Shown piece after piece: positions 8,822 to 17,315 of a stretch of 32,000 bases of DNA. A program made the translations under genes and the position numbers. Below the pieces are notes generated by a model that was given only the letters and a program-made list of their open reading frames with translations, made no database searches and had not been told where the DNA came from. Origin of the DNA: Raphidiopsis brookii D9 (lineage in GTDB: Bacteria > Cyanobacteriota > Cyanobacteriia > Cyanobacteriales > Nostocaceae); the NCBI GenBank assembly GCA_000175855.1, contig ACYB01000042.1, positions 1 through 32,000 on the forward strand, read 5' to 3'. Within the stretch, counting starts at the first letter, position 1, and every line of letters begins with the position of its first letter.

Positions 8822-10231
8822 ATGGCACTAACAGAAAAAGATTTGCAAGAATTACCGGAAGATGGCATAGACCCAGAAAACCCAGGGAAATATGAGGTTT
8901 TACTAAAGGAATTACAAGGTAACATTCTCAGGGGACACGGGCGCGATTATAGTGTACACTTGTTTTTGGAATTTAAACCCGATAAACTGGTTGAAGTTAA
9001 GCAATGGATTCAAACCTTTGCCCAAAAGTACTTAAAGTCGGCTAAGAAGCAGTCAGATGAGGCTGTAAATTATCGACAAAACAGTATCAAGGGCGGACTA
9101 TTCACCAACTTTTTCCTCTCTTGCAAGGGTTATGAATATCTGGAAATTGAACCATTTTTGATTCCCTCAGATAGTCCATTCCGTCAGGGAATGAAAAATG
9201 AAAATATTAGAGCTGTTTTGGGTGATCCAAAAGTTGACCAGTGGGAAAGTGGATTTCAACGACAAATTCACGCCTTAATCCTCATTGCAGATGATGACAT
9301 TATTGCTCTGCTTCAGGGTGTGAATCAAATGATGCAAAAACTACGTCTAGTCGCTGATATTGTCCACCGGGAAGATGGCTTTATTTTCAGAAATGAAGCA
9401 GGGCAAATTATAGAACACTTTGGCTTTGTCGATGGTTTGAGTCAACCACTGTTTTTAAAAAGGGATGTTGTCCGTTCCCGTATTCAGGACAGTGGTTTTA
9501 GTAAATGGGACTCTAGAGCTCCCCTTGATATCATTTTAACTAAAGATCCTAATGGCAAAACAGAGGATAGTTACGGTAGTTATTTAGTCTATCGAAAACT
9601 TGAACAAAACGTTAAAAAATTTCGTGGTGAGCAGGAGTCCCTAGCAAAAGCCTTAGAAATTAAAAAGGATCTAGCAGGGGCGTTAGTTGTAGGTCGTTTT
9701 TATGATGGCACTCCCGTCACTCTTACGGATATACCAACTTTTTTACACAATATTACCAACAACTTTAATTACGATGATGATCTTGCTGGTACCAAATGCC
9801 CATTTCATTCTCACGTTCGCAAAATGAATCCTCGTGGGGATACGGGAAACGTAGTATCTTCCTCTGGGTTTGACGAAGCTTTAGCAGTGGAAAGAAAACA
9901 TCGGATTGCCCGCAGGGGAGTGAGTTATGGAAGTAACGATCCCGCACACGACCCAGAAACGGATTCAGGATTATTATTTTTGTGTTTTCAGGCGGATATT
10001 GAAAACCAATTTAATTTCATGCAAACCCGATGGGCGAATGCGACAGGTTTTGTCCAAGCTAATGTTGGACCGGATCCGATCATTGGTCAACCCCAAGGAA
10101 CTCAAAAATGGGTAAAAAACTGGGGACTCTCCGACTCCAAACCGCTTAAGTTTGAACTATGCGTGACTATGAAGGGTGGGGAGTATTTTTTTGCTCCTAG
10201 TCTCAGTTTTCTCCAGAATATTACTGATTGA
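8822..10231 (+). CDS. DyP-type haem peroxidase
   Basis: 469 aa. It carries the GXXDG motif FGFVDGLSQP (distal Asp), the proximal His context CPFHSHVRKMNPR and the distal Arg context RIARRGVSYG. Its size matches the characterised Anabaena DyP (AnaPX). Confidence 0.85.
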   Translation: MALTEKDLQELPEDGIDPENPGKYEVLLKELQGNILRGHGRDYSVHLFLEFKPDKLVEVKQWIQTFAQKYLKSAKKQSDEAVNYRQNSIKGGLFTNFFLSCKGYEYLEIEPFLIPSDSPFRQGMKNENIRAVLGDPKVDQWESGFQRQIHALILIADDDIIALLQGVNQMMQKLRLVADIVHREDGFIFRNEAGQIIEHFGFVDGLSQPLFLKRDVVRSRIQDSGFSKWDSRAPLDIILTKDPNGKTEDSYGSYLVYRKLEQNVKKFRGEQESLAKALEIKKDLAGALVVGRFYDGTPVTLTDIPTFLHNITNNFNYDDDLAGTKCPFHSHVRKMNPRGDTGNVVSSSGFDEALAVERKHRIARRGVSYGSNDPAHDPETDSGLLFLCFQADIENQFNFMQTRWANATGFVQANVGPDPIIGQPQGTQKWVKNWGLSDSKPLKFELCVTMKGGEYFFAPSLSFLQNITD

Positions 10232-10458
10232 GACATTAACTTAGGGGTCAATTATAACCTTCAAATTAAAAATCATGGTCTTCAAAGTGAAAATTATGAA
10301 CACAATCATTAGTGGGTGGTGGGTGGGCAAGGAACGAAATATGTAGGTTATCGATAATCTACGTATAACAATCAAGCTGGTAAAGCTCTTAGTTAATAAC
10401 ACGAAAGTGTTATGTAATGGTTCCGTATATTCCATAGTACACTTTTTGCATTCTAATT

Positions 10459-12975
10459 ATGCGAAGATCAAAGTTCTCGATTTGGCTTACATCCTTTATT
10501 TTTGTGTTTGTGGCCCTGGGTTCAGTCTTTCTAGAACCTAGAGTAGTTTTAGCTGAAAATGCACCTTGTGCACCTGGAGCTTCCTCCTTGTGGGCAACCT
10601 CAGTCAAGGATTTTGTCGGTACTTCAGCCAGCAAAAAATCCAATGTCTATTTCACTGGTGCAGAAGGTATTTTGACAGAGGTGTTTTATCCCACTGTAGA
10701 TAACGTGCAAAATGTTGACTTACAGTTTTTAGTTACCGATGCCAAAAAAACCTGGGGTGACGAAGAACGCAAGCAGGACCATAAGGTTACCCAGGTTAAT
10801 AAACGCTCAATGGTGTGGGAAGTCATAACTACAGATAAAGACAAACGTTGGCAAATCACTAAGAGATTTTTTAGTGATCCCAATCGTCCTACTGTAATTG
10901 AACGAGTTACTTTCGCTACTCTTGAACCGGGAAAAACAGTCCAAGACTATAACCTCTACCTGCTGAATAATCCTTCTATCAACAATTCAGGTAGTGGGAG
11001 TCCTGCTAATGCTTGCAGTGGACCACAAGCAACAGGTGGAGACAACTCTCGCACCCTGTCATCCAATGGTCGAACTTTCCTAGCAGCTTCTGAGCCTAAT
11101 TCTACCTCTTCAGCTGTCACGACCTCACTACCTTGGAAGAAGATTGATGGCACCTTAATGGTATCTAATGGCTTTGTGGGTCAAAGCGATGGTTATACTG
11201 ACCTTTTTGTTGGAGCAGGTGACAAAACCATGAACTGGCATTATAACAATGCTGTTGGTGGTAACGTCGCTCAAATTGGCTGGGTAGATTTTGGCAATAC
11301 CACTGGTGCCAAGATTTCTTTTGATGTAGTCTTGGGATTCGGTAACAGTGAGCAAGCGGCTATAGATGTAGTAAATGCTACTCTAAATACTGATTTGGCT
11401 ACTGTAGAAAGTGATTATACCAAAGAATGGGTAGCCTATACGGATAAACTCAGTGATCAAAATGGATTAGCTGATGATCAGTATTACTTGGCAGCCATGA
11501 ATCTCAAGAGTATTCAAGATAAGACTAATGGTGCCATGGTAGCAGGTCCTGCAACACCTTGGGGGGAAACTAATACTGATAAAAATCAGGGTGGTTATCA
11601 TTTAGTTTGGCCCCGGGACTTGTTTAAATTTGCCAGTTCTTTGATTGCTGCTGGTGACACAGAGTCAGCTAATGAAGCTGTTGATTACTTTTTCAACATT
11701 CAGATGCAGACTAAAACCAGTGATGAGCCTTATTCCCGTCCTGGGCGCTTTCCCCAAAATAACTATGTGGATGGTAGAATATATTGGAATGGCACCCAGA
11801 TGGATCAAACTGGAATGCCCATCATCTTGGCTTGGAAACTTAACCGCACTGATTTGTGGCCCAAAATTAAGTTAGCAGCAGAATATTTAGCTAACTATGG
11901 ACCATACACCCAGCAAGAACGTTGGGAAGAAATGCGTGGTTACTCACCTTCCACCATTGCTGCAGAAATTGCTGGTTTAGTCTGTGCAGCTGACTTGGCT
12001 AAAAAATCCAATGATCCAGAAGCAGCTAAGTACTATCTCAAAAAAGCTGATGAGTGGCGTAATAACGTTGCCAATTGGACTTTTACAACCACTGGTTATC
12101 ACGGTAATAAGCAGTATTATGTACGGATTACTAGTGATAAAAATCCCAATGATGGTGTACGGTTAACCTATGGTAATGGTGGGGGAACCCATGATCAGCG
12201 CTATATCATCGATGGTGGATTTTTAGAGTTGGTACGTTTAGGGGTGATGAGCGCCAATGACTGGACAATTTTAGAAACCATTCCTGAATACGATGAAATT
12301 CTCAAGCAAACCATTACCAAAGATGGTGTAGAAGCTGAAGCTTGGTTCCGCTATAACTACGATGGTTATGGCGAATACAATGACGATCGCAATTTTGATA
12401 CTAGTGGTCGTGGTCGTTTGTGGCCAATTTTCACCGCTGAACGTGGTATTTATGAGATTGCCAAATCTGGTGCGGGATGTGCTGGTCAAAAATATCTCAA
12501 AGATCTGAAAGTCATGTCTTCAGAAGCAGGATTTATTCCTGAGCAAGTTTGGAATAACAGCACTACCATTACAGGTTGGGAAACAATTACCCCTGCATCT
12601 CATCTTCCTGGTACTTCTACACGCTCTATACGTCCTCTTAGCTGGGCTATGGGTGAGTATATTAACCTGATTGCAGCCGTTAAAGATGGTAAAAGTGATG
12701 CTCCGGATGTGGTTTGTCAACGTTATGCTTGTGATAAACCCCAAACTGATGTGACTTTCACAGCTAAAAATGCGACTACAAAACCAGGTGAGAATGTGTA
12801 TTTGGTTGGTAATAGTCCCTTACTAGGCAATTGGGAACCCACTTCCGGTGTTAAGCTTTCTCCTGTTAGTTATCCTACTTGGAGTGTTAAGGTTTCTTTA
12901 CCTGCGTCTACTAGCTTTGAGTACAAGTTTGTTAAACTTGATGCTAGTGGCAACAAAAATCTGGGAAGAAGCTGA
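10459..12975 (+). CDS. Secreted GH15 glucoamylase/glucodextranase with C-terminal CBM20 starch-binding domain (3' end frameshifted)
   Basis: 838 aa. The signal peptide is FVFVALGSVFLEPRVVLA. GH15 motifs are GGYHLVWPRDLF, QERWEEMRGYSPST and RLWPIFTAERG. The CBM20 region is VTFTAKNATTKPGENVYLVGNSPLLGNWEP...FEYKFVKL. The CBM20 ending (K)IWEEAEKHTLETPATGE... continues in another frame to 13033. Confidence 0.85.
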   Translation: MRRSKFSIWLTSFIFVFVALGSVFLEPRVVLAENAPCAPGASSLWATSVKDFVGTSASKKSNVYFTGAEGILTEVFYPTVDNVQNVDLQFLVTDAKKTWGDEERKQDHKVTQVNKRSMVWEVITTDKDKRWQITKRFFSDPNRPTVIERVTFATLEPGKTVQDYNLYLLNNPSINNSGSGSPANACSGPQATGGDNSRTLSSNGRTFLAASEPNSTSSAVTTSLPWKKIDGTLMVSNGFVGQSDGYTDLFVGAGDKTMNWHYNNAVGGNVAQIGWVDFGNTTGAKISFDVVLGFGNSEQAAIDVVNATLNTDLATVESDYTKEWVAYTDKLSDQNGLADDQYYLAAMNLKSIQDKTNGAMVAGPATPWGETNTDKNQGGYHLVWPRDLFKFASSLIAAGDTESANEAVDYFFNIQMQTKTSDEPYSRPGRFPQNNYVDGRIYWNGTQMDQTGMPIILAWKLNRTDLWPKIKLAAEYLANYGPYTQQERWEEMRGYSPSTIAAEIAGLVCAADLAKKSNDPEAAKYYLKKADEWRNNVANWTFTTTGYHGNKQYYVRITSDKNPNDGVRLTYGNGGGTHDQRYIIDGGFLELVRLGVMSANDWTILETIPEYDEILKQTITKDGVEAEAWFRYNYDGYGEYNDDRNFDTSGRGRLWPIFTAERGIYEIAKSGAGCAGQKYLKDLKVMSSEAGFIPEQVWNNSTTITGWETITPASHLPGTSTRSIRPLSWAMGEYINLIAAVKDGKSDAPDVVCQRYACDKPQTDVTFTAKNATTKPGENVYLVGNSPLLGNWEPTSGVKLSPVSYPTWSVKVSLPASTSFEYKFVKLDASGNKNLGRS

Positions 12976-13101
12976 AAAACACACTTTGGAAACTCCTGCA
13001 ACTGGAGAAGTTTCACAACTTAATACACTGTAATTTATCCTGATTTTTCACGACCCAAAAAACTAAAATTGAAGTCTTCTTTTTAGGGTCTTCTCTAAAT
13101 T

Positions 13102-13132
13102 CTTCCCACTTCTAGGGGTGGGAAGGTTTTTT
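13102..13132 (+). terminator. Rho-independent terminator downstream of the glucoamylase gene
   Basis: The stem CTTCCCAC (13102-13109) pairs with GTGGGAAG (13118-13125) across an 8-nt loop and is followed by GTTTTTT. Confidence 0.7.
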
Positions 13133-13289
13133 ACCGTTTTAAAAAAAAGGGAGTATAAATATCCTGAGAATGGGGATTGAGATAAGGATGTTGTAACTGG
13201 ATGTTTTGTAATGCAAACTGTTCAAAGATAGCACTTATGCGATCCTCTGGAGTATGATTACCCGCTAGCCAGGCTTCAATTAATCCATT
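13133..13289. repeat. 157-bp direct repeat, copy 1 (orphan copy of the 3' end of the HopA1-like gene)
   Basis: It is identical to 14048-14204 except for 2 substitutions (T/A at the T/A-run junction and A/G at 13242). It corresponds to the last ~50 codons plus stop and 7 nt of 3' flank of the gene at 14055-15152. Confidence 0.95.
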
Positions 13290-13432
13290 TCTTGTCTCTT
13301 CTGAATATCCTCTGTGGGTTTCGTAATTATCAATAAATTGTCTACCACAGTTTTTACAAATATAATTTTGTTTGCTTTTTTATGACCATTTTTATTAATC
13401 TTGCTTGACTTACATTCTGGACACTGAATCAT
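13290..13432 (-). pseudogene. IS1-family transposase (InsA-like zinc-ribbon) N-terminal remnant
   Basis: The minus strand from ATG 13432 reads MIQCPECKSSKINKNGHKK, and after a 1-nt frame slip reads KQNYICKNCGRQFIDNYETHRGYSEETRN. This is the CPxC...CxxC ribbon typical of cyanobacterial IS1 transposases. It is truncated at 13290, where it abuts repeat copy 1. Confidence 0.65.
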
Positions 13433-13493
13433 ATTTTTACCTTGATTACTCTATTTCTACCAGTGATCGCTTTTTCCTCTTATCATACCCTAA

Positions 13494-14036
13494 TTCAGCA
13501 ACGCCCGTTACTTTTTACGTAGGCGATCAGACCAAGTTGCTGATGGTGCAGGTCAATACCATATTGTTCCATCGATGGTTTTTCAGCCCACGGGTACTGA
13601 TCCCTTTGATCCGGATTCCTACAACCTAGAGAAGACTATCTTGAAAGAAGTAGCTGAAGAGCTATTTAATTATGAAGAAGGTGACTTTAATCCCTTATCC
13701 TACCCTGAAATCGCTGACCTAAAAACCCTATTAGACCAGGGTGGTGCAACCCTTAAGATTACAGGGATCGGGATGGATTTACTCTGTTTGCGACCTGAGT
13801 TTTTGACCTTACTGTATATTCAGGATTCAAGCTGGTTTGAACGTCATGGGGGATCTATATGTTTCTCTGAGCATGAGTATGATTACGATCCATCTAGCAG
13901 GAAAAGTTGGCGATCTATCCTTGATGGTGAACCTTTTCAATCAGAGGGAGAATTAGCACCACATCGTTGCGTAGCGACCGGGGCAATTAGTGCCCTCCTG
14001 GCTAGGCAATATTTATTACAACATCTTGTCGTCTAG
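13494..14036 (+). pseudogene. 5'-truncated ORF of unknown function
   Basis: The frame is open from 13494 with no start codon until M at 13575. The upstream in-frame residues (..GAGQYHIVPSMVFQPTG..) read like protein interior. The ORF starts where the IS1 remnant's outer end should lie. No family was recognised. Confidence 0.35.
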
Positions 14037-14047
14037 CTAGGTCCTAG

Positions 14048-14204
14048 ACCGTTTTTAAAAAAAGGGAGTATAAATATCCTGAGAATGGGGATTGAGATAA
14101 GGATGTTGTAACTGGATGTTTTGTAATGCAAACTGTTCAAAGATAGCACTTATGCGGTCCTCTGGAGTATGATTACCCGCTAGCCAGGCTTCAATTAATC
14201 CATT
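14048..14204. repeat. 157-bp direct repeat, copy 2 (native 3' end of the HopA1-like gene)
   Basis: See copy 1 at 13133-13289. Confidence 0.95.
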
Positions 14205-15152
14205 AGCAATAATTTGACAGCGGTGAGTACCGAAGCTCTCTTGGTCGCCAAATTTCTGCTCTGGTTCTTCAGCACAACCCAATCCAGGTGCTAGTATTTT
14301 AGTAAACATGGGAACCGGTTGCTGAAAGTATAATTCATTTTCTGCATAAATTTTTTGCAACACTGGCCAGACGGTCTGATGTTGACTTTTATTAAAATAG
14401 AGGACAGCTGAATCGTAACGTTGATAATCGCTGGGTTCATATAATGCTTTAAAAGAGAATGAAATATCAAGATCATTAAGATATTCCGTTACACTTTCCA
14501 TCACTGTTGGTGCTCCTTCAGCTGCTATATTAAAGTAAATGCGCGTAATCTCCAGGTTGTTTTGAGTTCCCGCATTAGCTACGGCCATATAAAAGCCATT
14601 TTGTACCAGATTTTTCGGCATTTTAACGGATATAGTCTTTCCAGCGCTGAGACTTTGAGTTGTTGGTGATAAATGTATATTGGGGTCAACATGCAGTGTT
14701 AATCCGTTCTTATAGACTGCTAAGGTACCGTCTGTCTCTTCCTTGACAATCTCCCAATTGGGACTCCAGTAACCTTTACCTTTGTTCCCATTGTGTAGAC
14801 GATCATAAAATTCTAGATCTACCCCAAATAAACTATTGTTTTCAAGCTGTTTATTTAATTTACTGCTGTTTACGTTCTCATCTGTACTTGATTTATTGTT
14901 TGTGTTAACGTTATAATAGTTGCTGTATATAAAGTTACGCAATTGAAATTTTAAATGTTGCTGCTGTATCTGTAAAGGTAGCTTTTGAAACTGAGAAATT
15001 ACAGAATCTGGCATGGTTGAATGTTTGTAGCGTGTATGTTTAATAGAGTAATAAGACTCAATTTGAATGTGACTAACCATATCCTGTAGAGAATCTTGCA
15101 ACTGCTCAGGAAGTTGTGTCAACTGAAATTTGCGAGAATTTAATAATTGCAT
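14055..15152 (-). CDS. HopA1-family-like protein, putative phospho-Ser/Thr lyase partner of the adjacent kinase
   Basis: 365 aa from ATG 15152, which is preceded by AGGTGA 9 nt upstream. The ORF track extends it to a TTG at 15245, overlapping the kinase. The blocks YWSPNWEIVKEETDGTLAVYKNGLTLHV, ITRIYFNIAAEGAP, YQRYDSAVLYFNK, MFTKILAPGLGCAEEP and FGTHRC match my recollection of cyanobacterial proteins annotated as T3SS effector HopA1 family, which usually sit beside a phosphotransferase. No HMM was run. Confidence 0.55.
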   Translation of the reverse strand: MQLLNSRKFQLTQLPEQLQDSLQDMVSHIQIESYYSIKHTRYKHSTMPDSVISQFQKLPLQIQQQHLKFQLRNFIYSNYYNVNTNNKSSTDENVNSSKLNKQLENNSLFGVDLEFYDRLHNGNKGKGYWSPNWEIVKEETDGTLAVYKNGLTLHVDPNIHLSPTTQSLSAGKTISVKMPKNLVQNGFYMAVANAGTQNNLEITRIYFNIAAEGAPTVMESVTEYLNDLDISFSFKALYEPSDYQRYDSAVLYFNKSQHQTVWPVLQKIYAENELYFQQPVPMFTKILAPGLGCAEEPEQKFGDQESFGTHRCQIIANGLIEAWLAGNHTPEDRISAIFEQFALQNIQLQHPYLNPHSQDIYTPFF

Positions 15153-15213
15153 AGTTTTGTCACCTATAGATAAAAACAACAAAGTCCCCTTTACTGACCT
15201 TTTAGCAAAACTC

Positions 15214-16380
15214 TTAATTAGATCTAAAATTAATGTCCTCCCCAAAAATTGTGCCGAGGGATGCTTGAGGACGACACAACAGAGTTTTGGCTAACTGAAG
15301 AATAGCAATGCCAGAATTACCAAAAGTCTTTTCGTGTTGCAGTTTAGCTTGGATGGACGTAATTAATGAAAAGCCAGTAAACTGTACAACTAATTGCAAA
15401 AAATTAGGTCGACGTTCTAAAATCTCCGGAAAGCTATTTAAATAACCACCTACTAATTCTGCTATGGAGGGTTGTATTAAGTGCAAAGGAATAGCTGCTA
15501 ATCGTAGAGATTCTTCGATTGCTATGGTTCGACTGGTTACCATACTATATAGCCAAATTTGTAAATAACTAGCAATTATGGAACCTAAATCACTTGCTGG
15601 GTCTCCCCAATTACCACGTTCCCAATCAATGAGGCGAATTATTTTTCCCCCTCCATTATTACCGGATGATTGATTTATTGTAGATTCCCAATTTAAAGAC
15701 AGGAGAATATTATTGAGTTTCAGGTCATTATGGGTTAAACAACAAGCATGATAAGATTGACCCAATTGGGAAATTGCTTTGCCTAAATTGTCATAACGCT
15801 GATACAAGGAAAAGAATTTTAAACCATCTGCAGTCAGATGACCAAATAGTTCTGGTGTAATTCTAGGTATTCCCTCATGTAAGTGAGAATTTTTATTTTT
15901 TCTGGTGACCTCAGGATTTTGGAAGAAATTTTCATATTCTGGACTATCTAAAGTCAACCGATGAATTGATGCTAATATTTCCCCTAGGGAGCGAGCAATT
16001 GTCATGGGAAATAAATTTTCTCGAGCATAAAACTCACCTATATCCCGATATTCTCTGAGATAGTTGAAGACAAGTATGGAATTGGCTTGATCAAAATGTA
16101 TTGCTTCTGATAGAGATGAACGGAGATGATTTACTGCTGAAAATGTCTGAAAAAAATTATGAACTTGCCATTCATCTATAAACTCACCACTGGTTTTACC
16201 CTCTCGATTAATACGTTCTTGTTTCACCAATAATTGACGGTTATCAGGCAAAGTAAGTAATAGATTAAAATTTTTAGCGGATTTGAGATCAATCTTGCTG
16301 GCTGATTGCTCTTCTTGAGTGCAAATTTTTTGAGAAATCAGGTAAGGAAAAACGTTTTCAGAACTTAAAACAAATGGCAT
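15214..16380 (-). CDS. Aminoglycoside-phosphotransferase-like (protein-kinase-fold) kinase
   Basis: 388 aa. It has the catalytic loop CCLTHNDLKLNNILL (HxDxxxxN), the metal-binding LIDWERGNWGDPASDLG (IDWE, the APH/choline-kinase equivalent of DFG) and the candidate ATP-binding Lys in LLVKQE. It starts 17 nt after the stop of the upstream peptide gene. Confidence 0.75.
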   Translation of the reverse strand: MPFVLSSENVFPYLISQKICTQEEQSASKIDLKSAKNFNLLLTLPDNRQLLVKQERINREGKTSGEFIDEWQVHNFFQTFSAVNHLRSSLSEAIHFDQANSILVFNYLREYRDIGEFYARENLFPMTIARSLGEILASIHRLTLDSPEYENFFQNPEVTRKNKNSHLHEGIPRITPELFGHLTADGLKFFSLYQRYDNLGKAISQLGQSYHACCLTHNDLKLNNILLSLNWESTINQSSGNNGGGKIIRLIDWERGNWGDPASDLGSIIASYLQIWLYSMVTSRTIAIEESLRLAAIPLHLIQPSIAELVGGYLNSFPEILERRPNFLQLVVQFTGFSLITSIQAKLQHEKTFGNSGIAILQLAKTLLCRPQASLGTIFGEDINFRSN

Positions 16381-16397
16381 GACTTTCAGATGATATG

Positions 16398-16607
16398 TTA
16401 TTCTCGAAAAGAATATGCTAGAAAAGAAATGGCATTAATAGCTGTAATAACAACCATAAACTCAAGGGTTTTGATGCCAAAATTGAACAGTCCATCAAAA
16501 TAAGGATTTTCACCACCAAAAACAGCCTGAGAATTATGATTATTCAGATCATTAATGAATGTTTCCGAGTTAATAGGCGCCAGATCATTAATAATAATCT
16601 TAGCCAT
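16398..16607 (-). CDS. Double-glycine-leader peptide D (divergent, hydrophobic core)
   Basis: 69 aa: MAKIIINDLAPINSETFINDLNNHNSQAVFGG|ENPYFDGLFNFGIKTLEFMVVITAINAISFLAYSFRE. The core tail ISFLAYSF aligns with IAYLAKSY of peptides A-C. The gene is tightly coupled to the kinase gene. Confidence 0.55.
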   Translation of the reverse strand: MAKIIINDLAPINSETFINDLNNHNSQAVFGGENPYFDGLFNFGIKTLEFMVVITAINAISFLAYSFRE

Positions 16608-16704
16608 TGATATTAATAGTTAAAGTTTTCCTAGAGCTTTTTTGATTGGCTCTCCTGGAATCAAATTCAACAGGAAAGCCAAACTAGCTAATTATTCCAG
16701 TGCA

Positions 16705-16938
16705 TTAGTAGTTGTAGTCACTGTAAGACTTAGCTAAATAAGCAATATTACCAATACCATAGGTATTGACAAATGCTTCTGCTAATTTGGTGAATACGGA
16801 CATATCACTGAAATCATAATATCCACCACCATGGACAGAAATAGAATTGATATCACTCATTTCATTCAGAAAACTTTCCGAATCTTGAAACAGTTCAGAA
16901 CCATTGGCTTGCAATTGATCCAGTTTGATACTTGCCAT
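16705..16938 (-). CDS. Double-glycine-leader precursor peptide A
   Basis: 77 aa: MASIKLDQLQANGSELFQDSESFLNEMSDINSISVHGG|GYYDFSDMSVFTKLAEAFVNTYGIGNIAYLAKSYSDYNY. It has a strong SD, GGAGGAAATTATG, and is one of 3 tandem paralogues. Confidence 0.75.
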   Translation of the reverse strand: MASIKLDQLQANGSELFQDSESFLNEMSDINSISVHGGGYYDFSDMSVFTKLAEAFVNTYGIGNIAYLAKSYSDYNY

Positions 16939-17015
16939 AATTTCCTCCCCAAGGATTTGTTATTGACTTACTACGAGTGAACCAGAAGTGACCAATAAAT
17001 GATCTGGTAATTTTC

Positions 17016-17252
17016 TTACCAATAATAATCATGATCACTATAAGATTTTGCTAAATAAGCAATATTACCAATACCGTAAGTATTGACAAATGCTTCTCCT
17101 AATTTGGTGAATACGGATATATCACCGAAATCAGATCCACCACCATAAACAGAGATAGAATTGACATCGCTCATTTCATTGAGAAAACTTTCGGAATCTT
17201 GGAATAATTCAGAACCAGTGGTTTCCAGTTGACCAAGCTTAATACTTGCCAT
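17016..17252 (-). CDS. Double-glycine-leader precursor peptide B
   Basis: 78 aa: MASIKLGQLETTGSELFQDSESFLNEMSDVNSISVYGG|GSDFGDISVFTKLGEAFVNTYGIGNIAYLAKSYSDHDYYW. It has the same SD, GGAGGAAATTATG. Confidence 0.75.
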   Translation of the reverse strand: MASIKLGQLETTGSELFQDSESFLNEMSDVNSISVYGGGSDFGDISVFTKLGEAFVNTYGIGNIAYLAKSYSDHDYYW

Positions 17253-17315
17253 AATTTCCTCCTCAAAGACTGATTGCTAGTGATAGACATTGCCAAAATC
17301 AACAGTGTTTTAGTT

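Noticed and set aside
10311-10327. G-rich tract GGGTGGTGGGTGGG as a possible G-quadruplex
   Set aside because: One run has only two Gs, it is a single occurrence, and no supporting context exists. It is not worth a claim.
13405-13629. 74-aa plus-strand ORF
   Set aside because: It spans the IS1-remnant start region and the out-of-frame beginning of the truncated ORF, and its sequence is low-complexity with no coding signal.
14037-14054. Short palindrome (GTCTAG..CTAGAC) between the convergent truncated ORF and the lyase gene, as a bidirectional terminator
   Set aside because: The stem is only 6 bp and AT/GC-mixed, with no U-run on the minus-strand side. The evidence is too weak.
15153-15245. 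31-codon N-terminal extension of the HopA1-like ORF overlapping the kinase gene
   Set aside because: The extension starts at TTG, its sequence is not protein-family-like, and the internal ATG at 15152 has a good AGGTGA Shine-Dalgarno. The shorter start is preferred but not proven.
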